DNA of 64,000 nucleotides from Vicugna vicugna (taxonomy: Eukaryota): contig MU058781.1 of assembly GCA_013265495.1 (NCBI GenBank), forward strand, positions 9,219,009-9,283,008. Reading direction: 5' to 3'. Under the pieces are notes generated by a model that was not told the DNA's origin, ran no database searches, and saw only the letters and a list, made by a program, of their open reading frames with translations. Made by a program: the position numbers and the translations under genes. Shown here piece by piece: positions 12,770 through 24,819 of the stretch (position 1 is its first letter; each line of letters opens with the position of its first letter).

Positions 12770-14040
12770 AAGTGGTGTTGGGAAAGCTGGACAGCCACAT
12801 GTAAATCAATGAAGTTAGAATACTCCCTCACACCATACACAAAAATAAACTCACAATGGTTTAAAGACTTAAAACATAAGACCGGACATCATAAATCTCC
12901 TAGGAGAGAACATAAGCAAAACATTCTTGTATATAAATAAAAGCAGTGTTTTCCTAGGTCAGTCTACCAAAACAAAAGAAATAAAAGCAGAAATAAACAA
13001 ATGAGACCTAATGCACAGCAAAGGAAACCATAAATAAAATGAAAAGACAACCTACAGACTGGGAGAAAATATCTGCAAACGATACAACTGACAAGGGCCT
13101 GACTTCCAGAATAGACAAACAGCTCATACAACTCAATAACAAAGGCCCAATCAACCCAATCCAAAAATGGGCAGAAGACCTAAACAAGCAATTCTCCAAT
13201 GAAGACGTACAGATGGCCCAGAGGCACATGAAAAGATGCTCAACTTTGCTAATTATCAGAGAAATGCAAGTCAAAACTACAAGGTATCACCTCACACTGG
13301 TCAGAATGGCCATCATTAAAAAGTCCACAAACAGTAAATGCTGGAGAGGATGTGGAGAAAAGGGAACCCTCCTACACTGTTGGTGGGAATGTAATTCGGT
13401 GCAGCCACTGTGGAAAACAGTATAAGATTACTTAAAAAACTGAAAATAGACTTATCCTATGATCCAGCAATTCTACTCCTGGGCACATATCTGGAGAAAA
13501 CTCTAATGGAAGATACATGCACCCCAATGTTCACAGCAGCACTATTTACAGTAGCCAAGACATGAAAGCAACCTGAATGTCCACTGATGAATGTATAAAG
13601 AAGTTGTGATATGAACGCGCACCCCCCCTACACACAAACAATGGCCATAAAAAGACTGAGATAATGCCATTTGCAGCAACTTAGAGATTATCTTAGTGAA
13701 GGAAGTCAGAGAAAGGCAAATATCTTATGATATCACTTATATGTCGAATCTAAAGAATGATACAAATGAACTTATTTACAAAACAGACTCACAGATACAG
13801 AAAACAAACTAATGGTTACCAAAGGGGAAGAGGATGGAGGGATAACTTAGGAGTTTGGAATTAGCATACAACCTACTATATCCAAAGCAGATTAACAAGG
13901 ACCTGGGAACCGTATTCAATAGCTTGTAATAACTTTTAATGAAAAAGAATATATATATATATATGCACATAACTGAATCACTATGCTGTACACCAGAAAG
14001 TAACAACACTGTAAATCAACTATACTTCAATTTTTAAAAA
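12770..14040 (+). mobile_element. 5'-truncated LINE-1 (ORF2 C-terminal region + 3'UTR)
   Basis: ORF 13039-13425 contains the L1 cysteine-rich motif [18 protein letters not shown]. Frameshifts and stops are present. Ends ...aatcaactatacttcaatttttaaaaa. Confidence 0.97.
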
Positions 14041-15859
14041 ATTCTGTCCTTTTCCTATCTCTTCCATGCACTTTGTCCCCCTCCCTTCTCCTACACAAAG
14101 CCTTGGTCAATTTGTGGCACTGTATAGGCCTTAGGATTGAAAAACATGGATTTTAAACAAACTAAGGTACATCCTTCAAAAGGGAATATGCTTTTCAGCA
14201 TCTTTTAATGATTTGGTTGCAGCTAAAAGACACCTGAGATGGTGGCAGTGGAACGAGGAGGTATGACTGCCTGAAGTGACCGGTGTCCGGTGCCCACCTT
14301 GGAATCAGGAAGGACAGTCGCCTAGCAGTTACATGTCGTCGGCAGTGAGCTCCACACAGCAGCTCCCCTGAGCTTTTGAGGTCTTGAGGCGGCTCCTGGG
14401 CCCCACCCCTCTGTCTGGTGTCACCGTTGTCTGCCGCGTCCCCTGTTACTTTGCACACTTACCCTACCTTGCTATAGCTTTAAGGCAAACAGAAGTTTGC
14501 TGAAGCTCCCAACATGTGCTTCTCTTTTTAAATGGCTCAAAGCTGAGAAAACATTGAAGATCAACGTTCCCAGAGGAAGAAGAAAGTATGCAGGGCCTGT
14601 CACTTCAGGAACAGTGAAACTGCACTTCCACCCAGAATTGTACATTAGCCTTTTCCAAAGGCTGTTTTCAAACACCCTGGCTGGTTCTCACAGAGCAACA
14701 AAACAGTCGGCCCAAGTGGGATGGTGGACCGATTCAAAATCTCTCACCCAGGAACCTGCTGGCCTCAGGCCAGTTGCAGGTGAAGCTTTTTGCAAGGTAG
14801 TGGCCTGGTTGGCTGTGTTTCAGGCTCAGTTCAAAGTCCACAGTTTTCATCAACAAATGTTTCTTGTGCAAAGGGTGTTTTAAGGTTGCTGTTTTGAGAG
14901 TCTGTTTTCCAGAAAATGTGAACTGTTTTTATTATCAAATGTCTTTTAGCCTTGTGACCTGAAACAAAGTATCACTAAGGTCTGAATGTCATCAACTTAA
15001 AAACAAAACAAACCAAAAAAAAAAACCCTGCCTACTCCAGCATTTTAATAAGTGAACATGTCAATTTGTAATTAAGGCTCAGATTTTCAATCGCCTAAGT
15101 GGCTGACACCGATTCTACTTGGCATCACTGCTGATTTATTTCTCTTGGAATACATGTAGTGCCATTATGTCTTGGTGACAACAGAAATAAGCTTTGGCCA
15201 GGTCTGTGAATAGTTTGGGGATGAAGAAAATAAGTTTTGAAAGGCAATGGGCACTGCTGATTACAGACTTTTATTAGGAACAGATGTGGGGCTCTGGTTT
15301 TGAGTGGTAGACAAACTGTTATTGAAACAAGCAGCTAAGGGCTATACTATCTTCTTTTTTAGGACAGAGAAATAACAAATTGAATTCATCATTTTTTTTC
15401 CTTCCAGGGATTGCCTAATCATCAAAAATAAGCTCTAAGATATTTATTTATGCATATGTTGAACAGTGCAGAAACGAGGTGGGGGGGACTGTTTTTGTTA
15501 ACATATCTCCAGGCTGAAACAGAGGTTTAGAAAGTCATCATACAGTACTTCCTTTACCACCGTGCCTCAGACCTCTCCACTTCAACTTTGTTTATGGCCT
15601 CCCCCTTCTAACAGTTTCATCCATTTAGGGTGTAGCAGTGCCAAGGCTAAGTTATATACTTATGATCATAAGCAACCTTAAAACACCCTTTCCACAAGAA
15701 ACAAAATGATCATTTTGTGTATTCCTGGCCGAGGCCCCTCTTCCTTCGAGAACAGAGTGAGCATCTTGAATTACCGGCTACCCAGTCTGGGGCTGGGTCA
15801 GCTAAGGGGGAGGCTTCAGACATTACAGATTACTTCCATCTCTCTCTGCCATTCCCTTC

Positions 15860-16093
15860 TTTCTCCAGTCATGTATTGAGACCCCCCTCCCCTTCATTTA
15901 ATAACACTTCCCAGATATTTCCAATGATGCTTCCAATCACATACCACTAGCCAGAACTTACTCACATGTCCACACTTAGCTTCAAAGGAGACCAGGAAAT
16001 GGAGAGTTATTCTGAGTGGCCATGTGCCAAGTTAAAGAATCTGGGTTCAGCTTTGTAGAAAAACAAGAAATGGATATTGGCAGTAACTAGCAG
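15860..16093 (-). mobile_element. MaLR LTR fragment (MLT1J/K-like)
   Basis: gccagaacttactcacatgtccacacttagcttcaaaggagaccaggaaatg...ggatattggcagtaactagcag is typical reverse MLT1 sequence. Confidence 0.7.
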
Positions 16094-16094
16094 G

Positions 16095-16560
16095 CTGTAC
16101 CAATGGCTTGTACCAATTTACACTCCTGTCAGCAGCGTATGAGAGTTTCTTTTCCTCCGTGTTTTTATTAAAATTTAGTATTTTCAGACACTTTGAAAGT
16201 TTAGTATTTTCAAACATTTTTGTCAATCTGAAAGACACTTGTTTATTTAGGGGAAAAAAATCCTTTTATACCCATATTATACTCCCATCCTCTCCTCCCC
16301 ACAGACAACCAATCTATTTAACAGATATCTCTGTTTATATTGTGCATGATGGGTATTATTTGGTATGCATCTATTTTTAATTGTCTAATTCATCAAATTG
16401 TTGCATTGTATGTCTTTTTTCACTAAGCACTGTTTTCAAGGTCCTGTTCGGTGTGCATCTGTTCTATTGCTCTGTCTGCTACTTAGTAATCTGTGATTTT
16501 CACCCACACATCTTGCCTGTCTGTCTTCCCAATGATGGACACTCAGATTACCTCTAATTC
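16095..16560 (-). mobile_element. Ancient L1ME-like fragments
   Basis: ttgtaccaatttacactcctgtcagcagcgtatgagagtt (reverse ORF2 end) plus a degraded 3'UTR. Confidence 0.6.
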
Positions 16561-16574
16561 CCCAAAAGCACTTA

Positions 16575-16680
16575 TGCCTTACAACGAGCCTGTGTGATGT
16601 GTATTATCGTCGGTTTTACAGATGAGAAAACTGAGGCTCAGAGAAGTTTAAGAATTTGCCCCCAGTCCCATAGCTAATGT
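16575..16680 (-). mobile_element. MIR SINE fragment
   Basis: ttttacagatgagaaaactgaggctcagagaagtt is the MIR core. Confidence 0.85.
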
Positions 16681-16995
16681 ACCTTACTGTCTTAGGCTAA
16701 CGGTCTCTAGACAGAAAAGAAAGAGTGCAGAGAAAATCCACTTGTACGTATAAAGGATGTCTGCTGTGATTTCAGAGATTCCGGGTAAGCTCTCCTGTTC
16801 CAAAGTATCTCCTCCAGTCAGCTTCAGTGATGCCTCAAAGTTTAAAGCAGAGACTCCTTTCTTTGACCTAGTATCTGTCAGAATCCAAATGCAGACCTCA
16901 CTGGTTATTTATGCCTTGTGATTAACGGTTTTCAGCCCCTTTTTGGAGGTAAAGGATGAGGTGAGCTGTACAGCCATGGAGCGGTTAGAGGGCAG

Positions 16996-17650
16996 TGTAT
17001 CAGTCGGGACTGTACTCAGCTATGAATATATAAAAATAGTGGCTTCCACGGATGGCAATTCACTTATCCAAGTGGTTTCTGTCCTGGAATGATTGAGCAT
17101 CACCTGGGAACTTGTGTCAGGCCCAACCCCAGATCTTCTGAATCAGATCCTCTGGAGGAAGAGCCCAGAAACCTGTGTTTTAACAAGCCTCCAAGTGATT
17201 AAGATGCCCACTGGAGTATGGGAACCACAGGGTTATCCTGTACCAGGAAGCCCAGAGATGAGCAGTCTGGGCTGGTATCCTGTCTCAGTGATGCTGAGGA
17301 CGCTGCCTCCTCCTCTCCCCCTGCCCTGACATCTTCAGCATATGGCTTTCATCTTCGTGGGAGCAAGATGTACTCTGGACGCCACGTCTGCATTCCAGGT
17401 AGGAAGAAAGGGCGAATCCAGAATGAGTGGGGCCTATATCCAGAAACAAAAATCTTTCCCAGACATCCTCCGCCTATGTCTCCTTGACAATAAATGTCAC
17501 ACAGCCATGCCTGGATGCTGTAGGGTCTGGCTATAAGTGAGTATGTGTTAACTGTGTACACTTCCGTTGTCCCCTTGCCCCCAAGCTGGGGTTCTATTAG
17601 CAACAAGAATGGGAGGATGGATGCTGTGTGCCAGCAAACCAGCAGGTTTT
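16996..17650 (-). mobile_element. MaLR LTR (MLT1-type) interrupted by MER5A
   Basis: Starts tgtatcagtc... and has an MLT1-like body ending ...gcaaaccagcagg. Confidence 0.65.
17070..17230. mobile_element. MER5A-type hAT-Charlie MITE
   Basis: Degenerate TIRs agtggtttct...ggaaccacag and internal atcacctgggaacttg...ctgaatcaga...tgtgttttaacaagc. Degenerate 8-bp TSD acttatcc/ggttatcc. Confidence 0.85.
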
Positions 17651-18084
17651 GCTATTTACACTTAAAAGCAGAGATGGGAGAAGCCAAAACCGAGCAGTGA
17701 GCAGTCAAGATGGACTTAACCTGCGTCAGAACTGTTCTGGAGGCCAGCTTACTATGGAGAGGAGAGGTCACCACTCCTTAGAAGCCGGCACCCTCGAGAG
17801 AGGTTGCTGTTTCACCCTGCATGAACAGCAGTCGCTCGGGTTTGGGGCCAGTCGTCTCCTCTTGTCCTCAGAGATCAAGAGACCCTCTGAAATTCACAGT
17901 AACTGAACCTGACACACTGGCCTCAGCACCGAGAATGCCTCCTATCCTGCAAAACCACAGAAGCGATTAGCAGCCGGACAGAAACAGATTAAGAAGGGCT
18001 TGTTATGAAGAGTTTGTTTACATGAGCTCCCGGCCATCCAGAAGGGACGATCATTTATTTTTGCCTCTCGGCCTTGAGCCTGTC

Positions 18085-18117
18085 TTTTTCTTTTTCTTTT
18101 TCTTTTTCTTTTTTTTT
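18085..18117. repeat. (TTTTTC)n / poly-T simple repeat
   Basis: Direct reading. It explains the spurious KRKRKRK ORF. Confidence 0.9.
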
Positions 18118-19867
18118 CCCTGAGTATCTCTGCCTGTTGACTTACTCTCCAGCTTGGGGAGTTTCTCCACTTACTTTCTAGGTGGACATGGGAACAGGAT
18201 CCCAACTGGAAAGAAAATAACTATCTTTCTCTTAGTCCTCTAAGGGTCACCATTTGAAAAGGGAAAGCCAGTCTGCACTGTCTGAAGCCTGGGGAGGTAA
18301 CAAAGTGTAAGAGAGATGCTCTACCCAGCAGTCCTCGGGCAGGCTCGCTTCCTGCTGCCTCCTGCCTGGGAGGGGCGGGGCCTTTCCTGTCCCCCTGCTC
18401 CTGGGAGTGGGCGGTGCCCCTGACACTACAGGTGGGTCCCGTGCCAGTGCCAGACAAGCAGCTGCACAGCCCAGGGACTTCGAGCTGTTTGCAGCTCTCC
18501 TCTCTTTGTACCCCTGCCAACTCACACACACCTGGGATCTCACCAGCTGCCTGCCCACCACAGCCCCCCTGCCTCCCGGGACCTAATCCTCCTTACACCT
18601 GCTCCTCTTCAGGGCAGCCAGCCCCGTCCCCACCTCGCCTCCACAAGGCCTGGGGAGGGTTGAACAAGACTGACGTTTTTCACGCCTCCAACAGCCAACT
18701 CCCACTCATTTCATGGCAAATTAGGAGGGATTAAGGTTTACTGTGGAGCAAGGCTGGAGCTGACAATTAATCAGCTTGGTCATTGGGGGATCAAATTAAA
18801 TTGGACCTGAGACCTCGGCTCTAAAATGGAATCAAATTCTCTCTTTGGCATGGTGTGTGTATTGGCCTGAGATTGTAAACACAGACTGTCCCCACCTTCC
18901 TTCTTTGCATGTAGATGTCAGCTTGTAATTTTAAAACGCAGCAAGGGGTGAAGCAAGTACTCCAGTTTGGGTTTTTGAAGTGAATGCCGGGCTTTAAGTC
19001 AGCAAGAGTTATTTTGTCCTTCTGTCTAAGAAGTCTCTGGGGTGCTGGGGCAAGAAGTCCGAATAATCTCAGATCTGTGTCCTCGGGGAGGTCAAAATCC
19101 AGTGAAGAATACGGAAATGCTATTAACATCAATTTGACTTTCTAGCACTAGAAGTATAAAAATCTGTAGAACCTCCCAGTTCTGCTGGGGGCCTGGCCGT
19201 GGCTTCCAGAGGAAGTGACACCTGAGCTGAGTTTTGAAAGATGAGTATCATTTGTACTTTCTCTCTTCACGCAGACACTGGGGGGTGACCTGCAGGCGGG
19301 ATCTCTTAATTGTGCTTGACACTGTCTTCCACCATCGTTGCTCCTAACATTTAGTGCCTGACTGCTGTCCAAGGCTAAAAGCGGTAATCACCTTTGGAAA
19401 CTGCCAACAAACATGAATAACTCTTCTGGGGCCAACTTTTCTCGAGGAAGTAATAAATGTACCCTGGTGGCGAATGACAGCATGAACGTCTCTTTCTGCC
19501 TCCCTCGCTGCCTTGTGACTTTGGACAGGAAACATCAATTCATTGCCCTTACAAATGTGGTTTCTTTACGATGGTTTGAATCAATCAACAAATGAGTTGT
19601 AAGCACTCACTACATGCATGGTACTATTCATTGCCACTTCTCTGAGTCACCAGATTGCAGAAAAGACGAAGAATAGGGACCAGAAAGCATGCTAATGGCA
19701 AGATATAAGTAAAGAAACAGCCTTGTCATTTTAAAACAGTATCATCTTCAGAAGTCACTGGAGTGGCCGCTAAAGGTTTTATGTGGTTTGCAAGATTTAG
19801 GATTTTCATCACTTTTCTAATAACTTTTGGCCCCTACTCCAGTGCTCCCCTGATTAGAGATTGTTCA

Positions 19868-20040
19868 TCATGGTAGATGGATAGGCAGAGGTGCTCACCA
19901 ATATTTCTGGTCGTCTTTTTGGGAACACAGAGGGTTGCATTGCTGTAGCTCCCTGAGTTTAGGCATAGCCATACGTCTTGGTTTTACCAATGAAAAGTGG
20001 CATTCACTGTCTGAGTCAAAGCATCTGATCACCAGTGCTC
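19868..20040 (+). mobile_element. MaLR LTR 5' part (MLT1H/I-like)
   Basis: gcagaggtgctcaccaatatttctgg...tttaggcatagccatacgtcttggttttaccaatgaaa. Confidence 0.6.
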
Positions 20041-20045
20041 AGTTA

Positions 20046-20384
20046 TGTAATAGGGAAGAACAAATCCGACTCCTTGTTAGATGAGTTCCTTTAGCCCTAA
20101 GCCAGTGCTGCTTCCTGGGCTCAGTCATGCTGGTTCTGCACCTGCTGTAAAAGAAAGTTGCCTATAGCCTGAAATACACAGGATGGCCCATTCTCAAGGC
20201 TCTGACCTTTAGGGTAGAACACTTTTCCATTCACATAGAGATAAAAAGTTGCAGAACAGAGAATAACATTTGTCTCAGTGGAGGTTTACAGGAACATCAT
20301 GACCTGACCTAGGTGGACAGCTGCAAGAACAAAGGATTCTGACACTAACAAGTTTGCAACAACCAACCACTCCCCTCCCCTTTT
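20046..20384 (+). mobile_element. ERV1-class LTR, 3'-truncated (MER41-like artiodactyl family)
   Basis: Begins tgtaatagggaagaacaaat and is colinear and highly similar to 20996-21335. It stops just before the TATA region. Confidence 0.85.
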
Positions 20385-20454
20385 AACACACCCTAGGTAG
20401 GACTGACACACAATCACCTCAAAGTATTTCTGTGCATCAAAGGCTGTTAACGTG

Positions 20455-20630
20455 CAGGCCTGTAGCACCCTCACATAAACAATCTCATTTTAATCCTCAC
20501 AACAGCACTAGGTGATAGATACTACCACCCACATTGCACAGATGAGAGGACCAAGAATCACAGAGTTCAAATAACAGCCAAGATCACATAAAAGTGGTCA
20601 GCCTAATGCCCAAGCCTATATTCTTTATCC
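20455..20630 (-). mobile_element. MIR SINE
   Basis: atctcattttaatcctcacaacagc...cacattgcacagatgagagg. Confidence 0.75.
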
Positions 20631-20995
20631 TTGCTGCCTCCCAAGATGTTTATCTAGGTTGTTCCCTCTTGACTGTATTATTTTATTTTATCCATATTCA
20701 CATAAATCCAAAGTCCTCAGACCAGACCATTAACTTCTGTTTTTTAAAATAATGGTCTCTACCTTCAGTCCCACTTGAATTCTGAATCGTGTCTGATGAT
20801 GTCATTTGTCAAACAAACCAGAGAGGAGACTAGAGACAGCATGGGGCAAATCTATCCCAACTTCTGGCAAAAGCAAACCAGATTATTGGCCAACAGAGTC
20901 ATCACTGCGTATGAAAACCAAGCAAGAATTTTATGTAATACACAGATAAACAACAGAATTTAAAAGCTCTAAAAAGGTTGTTCTAAAAGTGATTA

Positions 20996-21515
20996 TGTAA
21001 TAGGGAGGAACAAATCTGACTCCATATTAGATCTATTCCTTTAGCTCTAACCCAGTGCTCTGTTTCCTGTGCTTCGTCATGCTGGTTCTGCACCTTTTGT
21101 AAAAGAAAGTTGCCTATGGCCTGAAATATACAGGCTAGCCCATTCTCAAGGCTCTGACCTTTAAGGGTATAACACTTTTCCATTCATACAGAGATCAAAA
21201 GTTGCAGAACAGTGAATAATATTTGTCTTGTTGGAGGGTAACAGGAACATCTTGACCTGACCTAGGTGGACAGCTGCAAGAACAAAGGATTCTGACACCA
21301 AAAAGTTTGCAATAACCAACCACACCCTACCCTCCTTTGAATATAAAACAAGCCTGAATTCTAACTTGTGTAAGATGGTTCTTTGGGACACTAGTCCACC
21401 AACTTCTCAGTGAGCTGGCTTTCTGACTAATGTTGCTATTCCTTGCCCCAACAACTCATCTCTTGATTTATTGGCCTGTCATCCAGTGAGCAGTATGAGC
21501 TTGGACTCAGTAACA
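20996..21515 (+). mobile_element. Complete ERV1-class solo LTR (~520 bp, MER41-like artiodactyl family)
   Basis: TG...CA termini (tgtaa...gtaaca) and TATA-like aatataaaa near 21340. The family name is from memory. Confidence 0.88.
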
Positions 21516-21679
21516 GTTGTAACCCAACCAAGTCAAGTGTTAACAGTTCTCTGACGTCAATGATCGCCAATAAAGTTTTCACAATTTCATGAAGTAATTT
21601 GCATTGCTAGTACCCCTGACTATGGAAGTTTCTCCATATTGGCACACGGCCTTGCAGTCCAGCATCAGATTATACACAG

Positions 21680-21800
21680 GACAGAGTGAGGCTCTATGAG
21701 GGCAGGGACCATGACGATCTCATTACCCACTGGACCTCAGTGCCTAGGTTGATGCTTGGGAGGCAGTAAGCTATTACAGATAAACAGTTGTTAAACAAAT
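21680..21800 (+). mobile_element. L2 3' end fragment
   Basis: tgaggctctatgagggcagggacc...cagtgcctagg...gttgttaaacaaat. Confidence 0.65.
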
Positions 21801-22124
21801 AGAGGAAGTTAAACAACCCATGACCACTGACAAAGATGACAAAATAAACAGAAATAAGAATGTGGTTTTACCAAAATGAAAGCTCGCTTTAGCCAATCAC
21901 ATGAAGGATTGTCGCCTAAGATCTGCTTATGTAACCATAACTAGGTTGCATAGGTTTATTGGAAGTCTGTATTCAGAAATGAAAAATGATTCCTCCCTAT
22001 ACATTTAAGCTGAAAACCTTAGGTTTTTCTGTCTCACGCATATTAATTTAATATTGATAAGGATTCTATTATTATTCCTAATATAGTCCTTTGGTGAAGG
22101 ATGAAATTTAAATTGGGAGCTTTA

Positions 22125-23342
22125 CATGATAAAAAAGAAAACATAGGCAAAACATTCTCTGACATAAATCTTAGCAATGTTCTCCTACGGCAGTCTACCC
22201 AGGCAATAGAAATAAAAGCAAAAATTAACAAATGGGACCTAATTAAACTTGTAAGTTTTTGCACAGCAAAGGAAACCATAAGCAAAACAAAATGACAACC
22301 TATCAAATGGGAGAAAATATTTGCAAATGATAAGGCTGACAAAGGTTTAATTTCCAGAATATGTAAACAACTTATACAACTTAATAACAACAAAAACACC
22401 CAATCTAAAAATGGCCAGAAGACCTAAAGGAGCAATTCTTCAATGAAGATATACAAACGACCAATAAGCATGTGAAAAAAAATGCTCATTATCACTCATT
22501 ATCAGAGAAATGCAAATCAAAATGACAAAGAGTTTATGACCTAACACCAGTCAGAATGGCCACCATTAAAATGTCCACAAAAGATAAATGCTGGAGAGGG
22601 TGTGGACAAAAAGGAACCCTCCTACACTGCTGGTGGGAATGTGGGTTTGGTGCAGCGATTGTGGAGAACAGTGTGGAGATTCCTCAAAAAACTAAAACTA
22701 GACTTACCATATGATCTAGCAATCCCACTCCTAGGCATATATATCCAGAGGAAACTCTTAATTCAAAAAGACACACGCACCACAATTTTCATAGCAGCAC
22801 TATATGCAATAGCCAAGACATGGAAACAACCTAAATGTCCACTGACAGATGACTGGATAAAGAAGTTGTGGTACATTTACTGCAATAGAATACTACTCAG
22901 CCATAAAAAGAATTAAGTAATACCATTTGCAGCAACATGGATGGACCTAGAAATCATCATTCTAAGTAAGCCAGAAAGAGAAAGAAACATACCATATGAT
23001 ATTACTCATATGTGAATCTAAAAAAAAAAAAAGACAAACTTATTTACAAAATAGAAACAGACTCATAGACATAGTAAACAATCTTATGGTTACCAGGGGA
23101 AAGGGGGTGGGAAGGGATAAATTTGGGAGTTTGAGATTTGTGAATGTTAGCCACTATGTATGAAAACAGATTAAAAAACCAAGTTTTGTCTGTTTAGCAC
23201 AGGAAACTATAGTCAGTATCTTGTAATAACCTTTAATCAATATGAAAATGAATATATGTATGTATATGCATGACTGGGACATTGTGCTGTACACCAGAAA
23301 TTGACATGTTGTAACTGACTATACTTCAACAACAAAAATAAA
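22125..23342 (+). mobile_element. 5'-truncated LINE-1
   Basis: ORF2 remnants KWDLIKLVSFCTAKE and AIAKTWKQPKCP. TSD taaattgggRgYttta at 22109-22124 and 23343-23358. Confidence 0.97.
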
Positions 23343-24013
23343 TAAATTGGGGGTTTTAGAGAATTTTGATTGGGGATATGCTAGCATCTAGACTTGACTT
23401 TTACAAGTGGAAACAAAAGCTCAATTGAGGGACAGTGGACATGCCCTGCAAAGTGAGGTGCCATGGCAGCAAGAGGCTGTTTGAAGAAGCATACATTCCT
23501 GTTTTAAGTGTAACCATCTGCTGGCCCAACAACACCCAGCAGGCCACTGGACTGTTCAAAGAATCTACTACTCAGCCATAAAAAAGTTTATTAAAAAATA
23601 AACTATTCCTTATTTGGTAAGTCTCATTTCAGTGTAGGTATCATCACTCCATTGAGAAGGTAAAAGATGAAAGTCACCAGAGGGATTTTATCAAGTCTAT
23701 CTAAACCTGTGTGGTAGATATCACAAAGATGTACAATACAGCATACACAAACCAATGTATGCCATGAGGGTCCAGCTCTAGGAATCTGCAACTTACTGTG
23801 AATATGCCTCATTCTCCTGCATGAGGTCAACTCCGAACCCATAGCTCAATTTTCTTTCCTCTCTGCAGTTAGTTGTTAACATGTGTGTAGTTTTAAGGAA
23901 GGGTTTAAATAAATGCTTTGTCCACTAGAATCACATACAATGGGATTGTGGTTAAGGAACATACATGTGTAACCAGCTCATGAGTTCCATACAGGCAGAC
24001 TCCAATATGACTA

Positions 24014-24471
24014 CAGCTGACCCTTAAACAATTCAGGGCATTAGGGGTGCCAACCCCAAAACCCCCACAGTGGAAAACCCACATACTGCTGTCTCTGCCT
24101 CAAAACAAAGGAATTGATAAATGACCCACCCAAGGGCAGGCAGCTGAAAAAGTTTGACCCTAGTTCTTTTTTTTGGTGGGAGGGGAGATTAGGTTTATTT
24201 GTTTATTTATTTTTATGGAGGTACTGAGGATTGAATCCAGGACCTCGTGCATAATAAGCACACACTCTGCCATTGAGCTATACCCTCCCCCCTCGAACCC
24301 TAGTTCTCTTGATTCTACATACTGTGATCTCTAATCAAACACAAACTTTTCCCCACACTTAGTTCATTTAAAGATCTGTAAAATGGGAATACAGGTACTC
24401 TAATTTATTGAAAAAATCAGCTTATAAATGGACCCACGAAGTTCAAACCCATGTTGTTCAAGGGTCAACTG
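24014..24471 (-). mobile_element. Tigger2-type (Tc1/mariner) MITE ends enclosing foreign sequence
   Basis: TIRs cagctgacccttaaacaa ... ttgttcaagggtcaactg flanked by TA on both sides. Confidence 0.88.
24168..24292 (-). mobile_element. Camelid tRNA-Ala-derived SINE (Vic-1 type)
   Basis: Reverse reads ggggagggtatagctcaatggcagagtg...ggattcaatcctcagtacctcc with an A-rich tail. TSD accctagttct at 24157-24167 and 24297-24307. Confidence 0.92.
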
Positions 24472-24552
24472 TATTTTAAAAAATACTTACAGCACTTGGC
24501 CTTGCATTACATAGGTGTCTAGCAAATGCTTGTCCAGTAAGCTCAGTATATA

Positions 24553-24730
24553 CAGACCTTCCTCGAATTATGATGGGGCTACATCCAGATAAACCAATAT
24601 ACTTCAATAAATAAATAAAAATTAAATTTTAAAAATTCAAAGTGCAGTTTCTACTGAATGCATACTGCTTTCATACCATCATAAAGTTGAAAAGTCATCA
24701 GTCTACACATTGTAAGTTGGGAACCACCTG
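24553..24730. mobile_element. MER47A-like (Tigger5) MITE, internally deleted
   Basis: ta|cagaccttcctcgaattatgatggggctacatccagataaacc ... gtaagttgggaaccacctg|ta. Confidence 0.8.
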
Positions 24731-24819
24731 TACTTGTATCCTGTAATAAGGCTAAGTACATATTTGTGCAAAGTCTACAACAAAGAGGTTGCTGATTGCA
24801 TTTTATTATTACCATTCTT

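Noticed and set aside
13039..13425. Cys/His-rich 128-aa ORF as a zinc-finger gene
   Set aside because: It is the C-terminal fragment of L1 ORF2p in a truncated, frameshifted element.
17942..18205. ORF with a KRKRKRK NLS-like run
   Set aside because: It is the translation of a (TTTTTC)n microsatellite.
20046..21515. Two-LTR provirus
   Set aside because: No PBS, PPT or gag/pol is visible between the LTRs, the spacer contains a MIR, and the first LTR is truncated.
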